Part shown: in pieces, positions 25,350-41,264 of the stretch
Numbering within the stretch: the first letter of the stretch is position 1
How the letters are laid out: each line of letters begins with the position of its first letter
Assembly: GCA_951406725.2 (NCBI GenBank)
Contig: OX597817.1
Location: 44,516,001 to 44,580,000, forward strand
From: Octopus vulgaris
Taxonomy: Eukaryota
DNA length: 64,000 nt
Direction: 5' to 3'
Notes under the pieces: model-generated
Database searches by the model: none
What the model saw: only the letters and a program-made list of their open reading frames with translations
What the model was told of the DNA's origin: nothing
Position numbers and translations under genes: made by a program

Positions 25350-25664
25350 AACTCTGTTGGTTACGACGACGAGGGGCTCAGCTGACATAATCAACAGAAC
25401 GGCTTGCACGTGAAATTAACGTGCAAGTGGCTGATCACTCCACAGATACGTGTACCCTGACATAGTTCTGAGCGAAATTCAGCGAGCGTGGCACAAAGTG
25501 TGAAAAGGACGGCCCTTTGAAATAGAAGTACTACTCATTTTTGCCTGCTGAGTAGACAGATGCAACGTGAAATAAATTGTCTTGCTCAAGGACAAAACGC
25601 GTTGCCTTGAATTGGATTTACGATCTTACAATCGTGAGTCGAATGCCCTAACCACGAAGTCACG

Positions 25665-25670
<6 letters not shown>
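25350..25670 (-). mobile_element. SINE family C (Meta-like), distinct tail
   Basis: Minus strand has a degenerate tRNA head and GTCCTTGAGCAAGACAATTTATTTCACGTTGC; tail ends CCCTCGTCGTCGTAACCAACAGAG. Confidence 0.65.
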
Positions 25671-25702
<32 letters not shown>

Positions 25703-25705
<3 letters not shown>

Positions 25706-26560
25706 TGGGTCATCAATATATGTTTTTTTCAATACCATGAACTGGAAGTCGGAGGGGGACGGTATAAACTACCAGCATCATTTTGCTATAAAACCAGGTA
25801 GTAAGTTTATCTTGTGCTTCTTCCTAGTGCAAGGTAAGAAGGGCGCAGTTCGAATTTAAACAGTTAATTTTTCAAAAGTATAATGGAAGGGACAAAGTAG
25901 CATATTCAACATATTTTGCATAATGAGTTCATAAAGCCAACAACGCAACGGAAAGTGCTACGAAAATTATTCCAGTATATGGGGATCGGACACTAAGCGT
26001 AAGCCAGTGTCAACGGTGGTTCCAGAAATTCCTAGCCGGAAATTGCCTTCTAAGAAGACAAGACTCGTCTTAGAAGATATGTAGAGCTCGTCGACGATAT
26101 ACTGCAAAACCTAGTGGAACAAAGTCCCATTGTAACTGTTGAGGAACTAGCAGAGAAGCTTTGATTTGGTCATTCAACCGTTCATCGACACCTGCGCTAT
26201 AAGAAAATCAACCATCTTTGGTTTTAAGACGGAAGGTGTTCTTCCATCAGGATAATGCTCAACCACATACTGCGAGGATGACATTGCAACGGCTGGAACA
26301 GTTTGAATGGGAAACGAAGGCCCACCTACCACATTCGCATGACATTGCCCCATCTGATTAACATTTTCTCAGCAGCCTACAAAATCATTTGGCTGGAAAA
26401 AATAGGAATTCTGTAGACGAGGTCACAACAATATTTTTCGTCACAGACAAGTGAATTTTGAAAGAGGGTCTTTGCGAGTCTACCAGATAGATGGAAGAGC
26501 GTTGTAGAAAACGAAGGAGAGTATATTTTAGATTAAAAAAGAACTTTGTCTTAATTTTGA
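25703..26560 (+). mobile_element. Decayed, internally deleted mariner transposon
   Basis: HTH region VYGDRTLSVSQCQRWFQKF and catalytic region FFHQDNAQPHTARMTLQRLEQFEWE...HSHDIAPSD, with stops and frameshifts. A putative left end follows TA at 25703. Confidence 0.85.
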
Positions 26561-26603
26561 AATATATCTATATATGTATATCTGTACATTTATATGTATG
26601 TAC

Positions 26604-26669
<66 letters not shown>

Positions 26670-26671
<2 letters not shown>

Positions 26672-26850
26672 TAAACGAAGACAGGGGTGTAAACAAGAAA
26701 CAGGTGTATTAGTTTAACGCTCGGGAAGGTGGGAAAGTCTTTTACGTTTCGAGTCTAGGCTCTTCAACAGAGAGGAACACGAGAAAATAAACAGAGAGAA
26801 TAGAAAAGCTTTAGTGGCTAGCGGTTGATCATGGCGATCGCTGGACAGGG
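26670..26850 (-). mobile_element. Short (TA)n-associated PLE pLTR-like remnant with minimal hammerhead (26739-26774)
   Basis: CTCT CTGTTGA A GAGC CTAG ACTC GAAA CG TA AAAG; homologous to 33110-33310. Confidence 0.6.
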
Positions 26851-26919
26851 GTGTGTATATATGTATCTGTACATGTATATTTATGTACATGTATATATAT
26901 ATATATATATATGTTTATA

Positions 26920-26979
<60 letters not shown>

Positions 26980-27029
26980 TAGATAGATAGATATGTAGAT
27001 ACATACAAGTACATACATACATTGATGAC

Positions 27030-27081
<52 letters not shown>

Positions 27082-27760
27082 CATAAACACACACTCAAAC
27101 AACATTTTTTTCAACAATTTTCTTTTACCAAGTTCCACCAAGACGGTATTTGCCAATGATACCTACAAGATAATCATAAATCTGAGAACTTCACTTGTCC
27201 TAGCAAACTAAGAGACACATGAGTTGCAACGAAATATCAGCATGATGATGATACCACTTAGCGGTAACCCACGCAGTCAAAACACCTCTCATTTCGTTGT
27301 AATTTCTCTGAAACTGAACGTCGTGTCTAAAGTGGTTTATACATAATATTGTAGGTAATTGCACGCTTGAAGAAGTTTACACTTGTGTTCCTATTAAAAA
27401 TATACACTACTAATGTTTGAATTATAGTATTAGTAATGCTGAAGCATTTACTTTTCCTTCTAACTGATCGATTTTGGTGCCAACGCATGATTATATATTA
27501 TTGTCTATGATGGAGAAAACTGCAAAACGCGACTAACAAAATTTTAATGTATCGTTCTCCCTGAGCACTTAGAAATTGAAATCATCTAAAGATTATATCG
27601 CCTCCGTTTAGTTTAAGCTTTTAAAACCATGTATTTGGTATACTAGATGTATAATTATTGTACATGGTTAAGAGTTGAGCAACTGACAAGTGTGTAGGTT
27701 TAAAAGTGAAAGATACTGAAGAGCAATGCTTTACTGAATGTAGGTCTGTCAGTATGTCTG

Positions 27761-27812
<52 letters not shown>

Positions 27813-27840
27813 TATATATCATATATATATGCTTATATAA

Positions 27841-27878
<38 letters not shown>

Positions 27879-27927
27879 TATATATATATATTATATATAT
27901 ATATATATATATACATACATATATATG

Positions 27928-28006
<79 letters not shown>

Positions 28007-28397
28007 GTATACATATGTGTGTATAAATGTGTAGGTTTCTGCTCCATAAAACGTGTAATCTTAGTGGGAAATATATGGTGTCTCGACAAACATGAATTTG
28101 TCCAGAATTAAATGTCTGAGAATGCTGCGTTAGCTTCCTAGTTTCTCATTTCTGTTACAATTAGTCAAACTTTGTATTTCATTACTTTTGAAGCAAAACA
28201 TGAATACCAGTCTTACACGATGACCGGTACCATTAAATCCACACCAAAAATACGCACGTTGTTCTTTGAGATGCTCCTATATTTTGCAATTAGATCGACT
28301 GTATATTATTCCTTGTATTTGGATTAATTAAAAAGCGAATAGAACAAAAGAAACAGAGCGGAGGGTAGAATGCATATTTTCTGAATACTGTCTTTAA

Positions 28398-28797
28398 CTC
28401 TTTTACTTGTTTCAGTCATTTGATGCGGCCATGCTGGAGCACCACCTTTACCTTTAGTCGAGCAAATCGACCCCAGGACTTATTCTTTGTAAGCCAAGTA
28501 CTTATTTTATCGGTGTCTTTTGCCGAACCGCTAGGTTACTGGGACGTAAACGCACCACCATCGGTTGTCAAGCGATGTGGGAAAAGCGCGGGGTGGGGTG
28601 GGGGCAAACACAGGCACACATACATACATATATACGACGGTCTTATTTCAGTTTCCGTCTACCAAATCCACTCAGAAGGCTATGGTCGGCCGGAGGCTAT
28701 ATTAGAAGACACTTGTCCAAGCTGCCACGCAGTGGGACTGAACCTGGAACCATGTGGTTGGTAAGAAAGCTACTTACCACGTAGCCACTCCTGCGCC
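28398..28797 (-). mobile_element. SINE family A, full length
   Basis: Complete head to tail. Confidence 0.88.
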
Positions 28798-29346
28798 TAT
28801 TTAAAAAGACGTATGAGAAACATATTTTGAAACTAATAGGTTTTAATTACCTTATGGCTTATAATGCCTTATGGCTTATAATTTCCTTATGGATTATATG
28901 GTTTATAATTCATGAGTGACGCCGGATAAAATGCAAAGCGGATTCTTGCAGCTTCACGTTTTGAATTCAAACTCCACAGGATCGCCTTTGGCTTTCATCC
29001 TGTCAGGTTCATTAAAACAATTCCTAGTGGAGCAATGGAGGGCTGATGTAATCAACTAACTCCCGACGCTAAAAGTGCTGGATTTGTGCCAAAATTTACA
29101 GCTTACAAATTTACAGAAGTTACAGCTTATACTGGTCCTTCATTTTGTTTGAGTTTCAGGTACACACACACACACACACGCGCACGCACACATACGAATA
29201 CATGCAAACCTACACACATACACACAGAGATACAAACAAACACATATATAAATACACATGTAAATATATATAATACATGTAAATATATATATGCATGCAT
29301 AAATACTAATATATATATATATATATATATATAAAATAATAATAAT

Positions 29347-30400
29347 AATAACTTAGAATAACTTAGAATAACTTAGAAAGGTTTTGGCCAGTATTGGCCC
29401 AGGCCATGTCTAACTTAATAGCACCACCTGGCGAAGTCTTTCAGTTCAGGATTTGGGCACCAAGGCCCATTCGAGCAGAGAGTTATTGTTTGCGGAGACA
29501 TATCCGGGTGTGGGTGGTTTGTCCGGTACTGTTTGAAGGAATTTGTCCAAAGACTTCTTGAATTTTGTGTGGTCAGTTTCTTTTTTGACGTGTCCTGGTG
29601 TAATGTTGAAGAGAGCGGGTCCAAATGATGTGAAATAGTTGTGCCGTATTGTCGTTATGTGATGCGATTTAGATTTTTGTTGTGGACGGATGGCACGTGG
29701 TCCAAGCCTTGGAAGCATTTTGAAGGTGATGCCAACATCATTCGGACAGTGCTGATGGAATATTTTCCACATTATACAGATAATGTAGCGTTCACGGCGT
29801 CGTTGGAGTGAATACAATTTCAGCTTCTCTAGTCTACCCCAGTAGTCAAGGTCTGACATGCCATCTATCTTTTTTGTGATTGACCTTTGGGGAGCTTCAA
29901 TTCTCATAATATTTTGTTTTGTGTAGGGAGACCACAGTGGACAGTAGTATTCAAGGTGGGGTCGGGCAAAAGTGGAGAAGAGAAGGATAATAGCGTGGGA
30001 ATCTCTCGACTGGAAGGTTCTGAGAATCCAGGAACACATTCTGCGGGCCATGTCAACTTTGCTGCTTATATGTGTAGCCCAGCTTATGTTGTTGTCCACT
30101 GTTACTCCCAGGTCTCTGATGTTGTTGGATGCCATGAGAATTTCTCCAGAAGGAAGAGAGTATGGGAGTTTCAGAGCGTCCTCCCTTCCAAAGTGGATCA
30201 GTTCGAATTTGTCTTCATTTAGCAACATGTTATTCTTTTCCGCCCATTGGACAACAGCCAGTAGGTCTGACTGAAGGTTTATTCGGTCACCCACGCCATT
30301 GATGACCTTCTGGAGCTTGGAATCATCAGCGACGGTTCTGATGTTACTGTGTTTGATGGTGTCAGTAATATCATTTATGTAGATGATGAAGAGAAGTGGG
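29347..30400 (-). mobile_element. 5'-truncated CR1-group LINE (RT C-terminal half and 3' tail)
   Basis: PLLFIIYIND...VADDSK, IRDLGVTVD, RPHLEY.CPLWSPY, LKLYSLQRRRER (ORF 29446-30294). 3' tail (CTAAGTTATT)3; (TAA)n on both sides. Confidence 0.88.
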
Positions 30401-30405
30401 TTTAG

Positions 30406-30512
<107 letters not shown>

Positions 30513-30596
30513 TTAATAATATTAGGGAGTAAATCCAAACTTACATTATGTTTTCCACTGTTTGATTTGCCTAATAGTGGTTTTATCTCTAATTCA

Positions 30597-30660
<64 letters not shown>

Positions 30661-30754
30661 ACATATATATATATATACATATCAAATGAAATAAAAAACA
30701 GAACACATAGGATCATATATAACCTCGACAACCTTTAGTACTTGATAAACACAA

Positions 30755-30875
<121 letters not shown>

Positions 30876-30910
30876 ATATCTATATCTATCTATCTATTAC
30901 ATATATGTAA

Positions 30911-30949
<39 letters not shown>

Positions 30950-31301
30950 TTTATTTAAAGCACCAGAAAATTCTACAAACCCTGTTACTCTGAGTTTCGC
31001 GTATATACAAATATATATATATATATGTGTATATGTATATATGTATGTATATATATACTGAAACAATTAATTAAATAGATAGGTTCAATGGAAAAGCCAA
31101 TGATTTATTTATGTTATAATATAGCATAATATATTATGCATATACTATAATATAACATAAAAATCATTAAAAAACTAAAGAGCCAATACATCCATATATA
31201 CTTATATACATAGACATTCATGTATATATACATATGTATGTATCTGTCTAGCTATCAACCAAATGTAATGTAGTGTATATATGTATATATATACTTGTAT
31301 A

Positions 31302-31477
<176 letters not shown>

Positions 31478-31835
31478 GGTATAGGAGTGGCTGTGTGGTA
31501 AGTAGTTTGCTAACCAATCACATGGTTCCGGGTTCAGTCCCACTGCATGGCATCTTGGGCAAGTGTCTTCTGCTATAGCCCCGGGCCGACCAATGCCTTG
31601 TGAGTAGATTTGGTAGACGGAAACTGAAAGAAGCCTGTCGTATATATGTATATATATATATATGTATGTGTGTGTTTGTGTGTCTGTGTTTGTCCCCCTA
31701 GCATTGCTTGACAACCGATGCTGGTGTATTTACCAGAGACCGATAGAATAAATCCCGGGGTCGACTTGCTCGACTAAAGGCGGTGCTCCAGCATGGCCGC
31801 AGTCAAAATGACTGAAACAAGTAAAAGAGAAAAGA
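31478..31835 (+). mobile_element. SINE family A with internal deletion
   Basis: Homology to other family A copies. Confidence 0.85.
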
Positions 31836-32067
31836 GATAGAGAAATATATATATATATATATATATATATCTAATACAAATAAGAAAATGGAGGAACAGA
31901 TTCATTTCAATCATCGACTTACAGATATTACCAATTCATATTATTTATTAACTACATAAATAGGAACGGGTGCTTCACCAGCAGTATATTGGATATCCCA
32001 GTGTGGGTTACACTCATAACCCCTATCTCACTTTGTATATATATATATATATAATATATGTACGTAT

Positions 32068-32105
<38 letters not shown>

Positions 32106-32135
32106 TATATATATATAAATATATGTACGTATTGA

Positions 32136-32166
<31 letters not shown>

Positions 32167-32836
32167 GTTGTATGTATGTATCTATGTATGAATAGATGTA
32201 TATATATATTTGCTGCTCAGCTGTTGAAGTGCTAAATGTTGATGCTGATTTATTGATTTACATCGTCTACATCGCTGACAATAATAAAACAAGATAGGTG
32301 TTACTTATTTTGTCGGATCCGAAAGGAATCAAAACAAATTTTGAATAAAGGCAACATTTTAAAAGCGAGTTTAGAAAAAAAGAAACAAAACAACCTAGAA
32401 ATCTAAATGTTGCGAGACATTTAGGCAACACAGCTAAGATATTCCCTAAGCTAAATTACTGCAAAATATAGATCTAAAAAAATACATATATCTATAGAAC
32501 AATTTTTGCCATTATGCTGCTCCTTCACAGGCTGACTTTATTTAAATAGTGCCGCATCGTCTTCAGCCAAACAACCAAGTTCTACATGTGACATTAGCAA
32601 ACCAAACAGCGTACCTCTCTATTCTGTATGACCCGTCGCCATATTTATACAGGTTCGTGTCAGGTTTTGTGCTTCCCGATTAAACTGAATAATCCATATG
32701 CACTATTTTATTTCCTAAACCTAAATGTAATGTACGCATGTTTGTATTTACGCACTCATGCAACATTTTCCACACGTATATATAAGACAAAACATACCAG
32801 CGCGCATTTACATACAGACTCAGAGGAATGCACGCG

Positions 32837-32883
<47 letters not shown>

Positions 32884-33008
32884 GCACACACACACATATA
32901 CACACACACACAGAGAGAAAAAGAAGGAAGTGAGAGAGAGATTGAGAAAGAGATTCATAAATAGAGAAATACTGACATTCGAATGTCCTTGGCCAAATGA
33001 ATTTAAAA

Positions 33009-33054
<46 letters not shown>

Positions 33055-33057
33055 GAG

Positions 33058-33091
<34 letters not shown>

Positions 33092-33109
33092 AGAGTTATA
33101 TATATATAT

Positions 33110-33310
33110 AGGGAGAGTTTACGAAAAAACAAAAGACGAAGACAGGTGGAGTACAAAACAAACAGATGTATTAGTATAACGCTCAGGAATAGAAAAAATC
33201 TTTTGTTTCGAGCCTACGCTCTTCTACAGAAAGGGACACAGAAAAAACAAGAAGAGAAACAAGGAGAGAAAACCTGTGTGTAGTGGCTAACGATCTATCA
33301 TGGTGACTGA
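33110..33310 (-). mobile_element. Short (TA)n-flanked PLE pLTR-like remnant with degenerate minimal hammerhead (33200-33233)
   Basis: CTTT CTGTAGA A GAGC GTAG GCTC GAAAC AAAAG; cleavage-site bases are missing. Confidence 0.55.
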
Positions 33311-33331
33311 TATATATATATATGTGTGTGT

Positions 33332-33378
<47 letters not shown>

Positions 33379-34364
33379 CACATACAAAGGCGAATATGCT
33401 GGCAAACACATCACTTGGCCTATTGTTACACCCTGTCCTAATATTACAAGCCGCCCCTCCTAACCCATATAACATATTCGTATCTAAAACAGCTCCCTAC
33501 ATCTTTCCACTTTACCACATAAATCATACACGTTTAACAATACAATTATTTAGAATTTAGATCTTATTATTCGATTGCCTTCGTACCCTCCTTCAACTCT
33601 CAACTTATATCCACAGAGTACCCCTAAATTCTGTGAATCTCTACCCTCTTCCCTTTGTTCTTTAGTCGTAGCAAACGAATCCTAAATCCCGACCCTATGC
33701 CTATGTGGTTCGTATGCATTTATTTTTCTTCACTTTTACTTTTTGTTTTCTTTATTCTTTCTTTATTCTTTATCCTTAATTTACCTTCGGCCCTCTCCCG
33801 GTTACGCACTTCTCTAAGCCTACTATAATATACCCTACACCCCCGCTCCAACCTAGCAACAAAACAAAAAACAGTCTAGCAGACTCCTCTCACCCGGGTC
33901 ACTGACCTTAAATATCATATTACACCGTTTCACAAATTATATTGTTAACCTAACCCGACCCACAAACGTCCTCAACAGCCAGCTTTGATGGTCATTTTTA
34001 TAGTTCATAGTTGGCCTCGACAGACTTCAGCTACATCCCTGCTGTATTCTTGGGATATTTTGTTTGTAAGATTACGTTCCATCTCATGATTACGGTTTTT
34101 GTAATGGAGTAATGTTCTCATTCTTCTATTAAAAGAATGCGTAAGAAACAGCCGTCACGTGCTGACAATTATCCATCGTCTGTTATTATTCATTTGATTA
34201 TTTTACACCAAGGGGATTTACGACTTGTCGGATACCCTAGAATATACCAACAACGTACAATTCAACGTAATGCGTGCTTTGGATCAGCCCCTAGGCGCTA
34301 AATACTCAACCTTACACGGTGCATATCTTTTCAAGTAACCGACTCTATTCGAATCCTTATTGTA

Positions 34365-34444
<80 letters not shown>

Positions 34445-34470
34445 TTATATATACATATAGATATAGATAT

Positions 34471-34712
34471 AAAATATGAGAAAAAAACACCTTTTATCAA
34501 TTCAAAATGAATAATTAAATTACATATATACCAGTGAAAAACGTGTCCGTTTTCTACCTATTTTATACGTTACATTATTCTTGTAATTTACTTAATCTTT
34601 ACTTTTCAATTGTTATTTTAAGTTTAACTTTTCTATTATATGTAATTTTCTAGATGGTGTAATTTAATTATTCATTTTGAATTGATAAAAGGTATTTTTT
34701 TTCTAATATTTT
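34471..34712. repeat. Inverted repeat (about 53-bp arms) between TA tracts
   Basis: CCTTTTATCAATTCAAAATGAATAATTAAATTACA vs TGTAATTTAATTATTCATTTTGAATTGATAAAAGG. Confidence 0.9.
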
Positions 34713-34857
34713 ATATATATTATATTGTGCGGAATTTGATTTAGTATTTCTAAATTGAATTCTTTTTCCTTGTAAGTTTGGATTTTATTCCCTCAAATAA
34801 TAACTATATATCTATATATATATCTATCTATCATCTATCTATCTATCTATCTATCTA

Positions 34858-34902
<45 letters not shown>

Positions 34903-34939
34903 ATACATGTATATGTATATATATTTCTCTCTCTCTCTG

Positions 34940-34991
<52 letters not shown>

Positions 34992-35015
34992 CATGTATAT
35001 ATATATATATTTATA

Positions 35016-35058
<43 letters not shown>

Positions 35059-35119
35059 CTGTATATATACATATAAGAAACCAAAGTGTACTTACGCCGC
35101 TATATTTTATACATAAAAA

Positions 35120-35282
35120 AAATACAAAAATTGGACAAGGACGTAAAACATCCAGTCAGATGAAACAAAAGAATTTGGTAAAAAATATCCATACAGACGT
35201 TAAAAGGAAACAAGGACGGATCATTCTGAGTTTTCTATCCTCAGTCGAGTTCCAGATTATCTTTGCAATTTCGGCAGGTTAT
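35120..35282 (-). mobile_element. Truncated diverged relative of family 1 element, half of scrambled hammerhead (35238-35278)
   Basis: CCUGCC GAA AUUGCAA AGAU AAUCUGG A ACUCGA CUGAGGA, with the same 25-nt spacing between GAA and CUGAnGA as family 1. Confidence 0.55.
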
Positions 35283-35660
35283 GATATGCGAGTGTCTGTG
35301 TGTATGTATAATGGATATACTGCGCTAATCCTTTGCTGCTGTCTCTCGTCTATTAATTCGCATGTAGCGTTTATGATTTTAAAATAAGAATGGTCAATTG
35401 AGTGGTACTGTCCAGATGTAGAAACTATAATGACGTGTTAGGCAGCTGATAATGGGTGCATACATTTGATGTTCTTGTTAACTGGGAATCTTTTGAATCC
35501 TGTGCTCTCGTCGTTTTAAATTGCCCTTCATTGAAACGCTAGTCCTCCTAGGGTTAAACGTGTTTCGCGATTTTTGGTTTCGTGATTTAGAATGGTTCTC
35601 TTGTTTGTAGTGTACAATATATTGATACTGCGTGAATGGCATTCATCGGTATGTTTGGTT

Positions 35661-35696
<36 letters not shown>

Positions 35697-35838
35697 GCAC
35701 ACAAGTACGCACATACATATGCATACACAAATACACGCACAGACACACACGCAAACACGTACACATTTATGATGTCATAGCGATAATTCTTACAGAATTT
35801 CGTGTCTGGTTTATATACATACATACAGAGACACACAC

Positions 35839-35943
<105 letters not shown>

Positions 35944-35970
35944 CAAATACATACATATATATATACATAC

Positions 35971-36027
<57 letters not shown>

Positions 36028-36559
36028 CTTATACTATCCATAGAATTCTACTCCACAGAGACAGAATTGGAGGTGCCTCGTTTTCTAGAGATGAATAAGC
36101 TATGGAAACTTCAATTAAGTAACAAAATACTGTATACCATTACAACTACAAGCCATTACATTAACTATTTCCAACTTGCACGCATTGAGTTCTCTTTTAT
36201 TTTATTCGTAGTTTATATAATTTCCCTTTGCAAATATACAGCCTCATACTCACACACATGCACACACGCATATAAATATTTATATATATATATATACATA
36301 TACATACATACTTATATACATATATACTTACATGCATATCTACTTACTTACATACATATATACTTACATACACATACATACTTACATACACACACATATA
36401 TGTATATACTGATGCACGTATATATCTGTGTATCTATATATATTTATATATATATTTTTACATATATACATATATATATAATTATACATATATATTATTA
36501 TGCATATATATATATATATATACATATACACATACACATAATTGTATACTTAAACATAC

Positions 36560-36598
<39 letters not shown>

Positions 36599-37321
36599 CA
36601 TCTATATATGAGAATTTGTTATGTAATTAAAGCATAATTCAGTTACTAAATAACTAAATAGCCAAATAACTCTTTCTCTTTATCTTTCTCTTCTCGCTCG
36701 CTGTCTCTCCATACATACGTACACACACATATTCATATATATATACATTTATTTACATATACACACATATATATATATATACATATATATGTGTATACAT
36801 CTAAACATACACACACACGTAGACACGCACATATATATTGTTCTGTTTATCTATTCGTGCATGTGTGTGTGCTTGTGTGGTGCATGTGCGTGTGTTTGAT
36901 TTTCTATAGAGCGCCACCTATAGTATGAATGTTTCATTAAATATGCATATTACTATGCTCGTTTATTTTCACATATGGCTTTATTGATTTCTTACCGAAC
37001 ACATTTCGCTCTATACGTCTCTCTCTCTCTCTGCTCCTGTTTGCGTTACTGTGTCTGTGTGTAGCTATTTGAATACGTTTAGAACAGCATGTCTGCACAT
37101 CGAATGGCTGTTTGCCCTATATTTTGAAAATATAGATACATGTGTGTGTGTATTTATGTATGTGTTTATCTGCAATGGTACGTATGTGCGTGTATGTATG
37201 TGCGTATATATATGTGTGTGTGTGTAATCGTTATTGCACGTTTTTGCCAGCGTGTTTCAGTTTACGGCTTGGTCTTCTAGTATCTGTGTACATATTTGGT
37301 GTTCTAATATATATCTATATC

Positions 37322-37985
37322 AAGGCGGCGAGTGAGTAGAAGCGTTACTTCGCCGGACAAATTGCTTATTCTCGTTTCGTCCGTCTTTACGTCGTGAGTT
37401 CAAATTTCGCCGAGGTCGACTTTGCCTTTCATCATTTCGGGGTCAATATATTAAGTGGTCGATCTAATCTATTGGCCCCTTCACCCCAAATATTTCGGGC
37501 CATGTGCCGAGAGTAGAAAACAATATATATTTATATCAAGGCGGCGAGCTAGCAGAAGCGTTACTTCGCCGGACAAACTGCTTATCCTCGTTTCATCCGT
37601 CTTTACGTTGTGAGTTAAAATTTCGTCGAGTTCGACTTTGCCTTTCATCCTTTTGGAGTCGATATATTAAGTACCAGTTGCGTACTGGTGTCGATCTAAT
37701 CTACTGGCCCCTTCACCCCCAAAATTTCGGGCCTTGTGTAGTGAGTAGAAAAGATTATATATCTATATCAAGGTGGCGAGCTAGTAGAAGCGTTACTTCG
37801 CCGGACAAATTGTTTAGCGTCGTTTCGTCCGTCTTTACGTTGTGAGTTCAAATTTCGCCGAGTTCGACTTGGCATTTCATCCTTTCGAGCTCGATAAAAT
37901 AAGTACCAGTTGCGCAATGGGCTCGATGTAATCGTCTTACCCACCTCCTTCGAAACTGCTGGCTTTGTGCCAAATTTTGAAATCA
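37322..37985 (+). mobile_element. Tandem array of three SINE family B copies
   Basis: Units start ATATCAAGGCGGCGAG (GGTGGCGAG in the third) at about 37317, 37533 and 37765. Confidence 0.88.
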
Positions 37986-37989
37986 ATAC

Positions 37990-38490
<501 letters not shown>

Positions 38491-39488
38491 GGCAATGATG
38501 TAGTAGAATCATTACCGCGCCGGAAAAATGCTTAGTGGCGTTACGTTCGCATTTACGTTCTCTGTTCAAATTCCGCCGATGTCGACTTTGTCTTTTATCA
38601 TTTCGGGGTCAATAAAATGAATACCAGTTGTGTACTGGTCAAATTTGAAACCAATATATCTCTGTAACTTATTGACGGTTTGTTTACGGCCACTGTCGCT
38701 CTTATTTATTTCCAGGTTTGGCTAGTTTATTATGTCTACCATTGTACCTTTATCTTTTACATTTTACAACCACTGGAGCACAACATTAAAATGCTTTACT
38801 TTAGGTATGGGAAAACTTTTCCAAGGAACGGGCCGCATAAGAATGGTTCACCATCAGGCGGGCCGCACTATTAAAACAATTCAAAGCAGTTTTTCGTTCG
38901 GTGAGTCGTTCAGAAATACTCGTGAACCGCAATTTATCAATGACTGGTTTGGTTCAACTGCTCGACACTAGCAGTTAGTTATTTGATTTACATTCTGGTG
39001 CGTATTCTCTCCCAAAGTTTTGTCGAACCGCTACGTTACGGGGGCGTAAACAGAGCAACAGTGGTTCCAAAGTGATGACAGGTGTGGTGGGTTTAAACAT
39101 CGATATAATGACATACACACACGCCCACACATACATACAAATACGACAAGGTTCAACACAGTTTTCATCGACCAAAACCAGCTCAAACCGAATTGGTCGG
39201 CTCAAATCTAGGATAAAAGACACTCAAGCAGGGTGCTGCGCAATTGGAATGAACCCAGCACACCGTGATCACTAAAACAACCTCTTGAGCACAGTGCCAT
39301 GCCTACAGCTATGGGCTCTCAGTAACTTTTGTCAGTACATTTTCCTTCTAAACAAATCCAGTTGCTTGAGAAAGCACACCATAATTTTTATTATCAGTGG
39401 CCGGTTAACAGGTATTTCAGTCAACATAATATATGTCTATATCTTATTGACGGTTTTATATATCTTTATATATATATATATATATATC

Positions 39489-39560
<72 letters not shown>

Positions 39561-40546
39561 ATATATATATATATCTTATTTATATTTTATTGACGGTTTG
39601 TTTACGTCCACTGTCACTGTTGTGTATCTCCAGGTTCGGCTAGTTAATTATGAATATCATTGTACCTTTATATTTTATTTGTACCATACAACATATATCA
39701 CCCTACGTGGTAGACAAGACAAAATGGACAAATTTAACTCTTTGTCCGTAAGCTGAAAAAGTGACAAATACCCTTATACGATTTTCGAACAATATTGAAT
39801 TCTCATCAGAGGTGTCAACATCATTTGAAAAGACTTCCCGAGAAAGAAGTAACGAAAACTTTTATGTACTCAACAACTGTTCCTCATACTCTGAGTAACA
39901 TTGATTCTGACTAAAGATATTGAGCATTAAATGAACAACATATGACTTTGAAGCATACTCCCTCAATTATTCCTTATATTCAAGTGAAAATCATTTAGTT
40001 CCATTGTTGGAACAAATAGAAACCCTATTTGTAGAAACTACTTATACAATATGCCTTGATTATTGCGTGTAAGTGCATATGTATGTGTGTTTTTCTGTGT
40101 GAGTGTTTGACCTTGGAACATATCTGTGTGTATATGTATGTGTGTATGTTTGTGTATATATGCATGGTAAGTACAGCGTTTCTCTATGCCGTATGTATGT
40201 TCTCACATTCCTATATATACATATATGCATATATGTCTGCTTATTAGTAAATGCTTTGGTTTTATATATGTATTTTATTAAAAAATACATTTGAATAAAT
40301 ATTCACACTTCTACAAACGCATGGACATATTGTTTGCGTGTGTAGGTTTTTCTCTCTCCCATTCTCGCCGTTTTTTCTCTGCGTGTACACACATGCACAC
40401 ACATACACACGCACGAAAACACACAGAGAAAATCATTGATCGAGTCGTTTGTCAAGTTCCGGTTGTATGTGAATAAATGGTACTTCACCCAAGAGCCATC
40501 CTTCTAGACTCCAATGCACACGCACATACACATACAAGCATTCAGG

Positions 40547-40585
<39 letters not shown>

Positions 40586-41264
40586 TGTTTATTTATTTGT
40601 ATGCATGCACGCACGAATATTCACATACAGTCACAGACATATTTATATATGCCTATATACATACATACATACATGTATGTATGTATGTGTATATATATAT
40701 ATATATGTGTGTGTCTGTGTGTGTGTGCGTGCGTGTGTGTGCGTGTGTGTGTATGCATGTGCGTGGGATTGTAACAGATATATATGCGCTCGCGCACAGA
40801 TAGATATATATGTACACCAACACACGCACATACAGACATACATATATATATATATACACATAGATAGATAGATACATACACACACACACATATATATATA
40901 TATGTATATATGTGTGTGTGTGTCTGTGTATAATATTTGTGCGTGGGATTGTAACATAGATATATATGTGGTGCTCACTTACATACTTACATACATAATA
41001 CATACATACATACATACACACATACACACATATATATGTATATATATGTAAGTATATATATATACGCATATGTCTGTGTACGTCATTGTGGGCACATACG
41101 GTATAATACACTTCTATTTGCTTACGAAACTATTAATTTATGTATGTGATATTCGAACGCGTGCAAATTTGTGTTAATAATTACTGCATTGATTTATTTC
41201 TACACAAACACACACATACACACACATTTGGATGTATGTATATATGAATATATATATATATTAC

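Noticed and set aside
37322-37985. CRISPR-like repeat-spacer array
   Set aside because: Units are whole SINE copies of about 220 bp in a eukaryotic context, with no unique spacers or cas genes.
38800-38870. hAT-type MITE ends (also about 55802 and 61185-61199)
   Set aside because: Only single short termini, with no matching partner TIR or target duplication.
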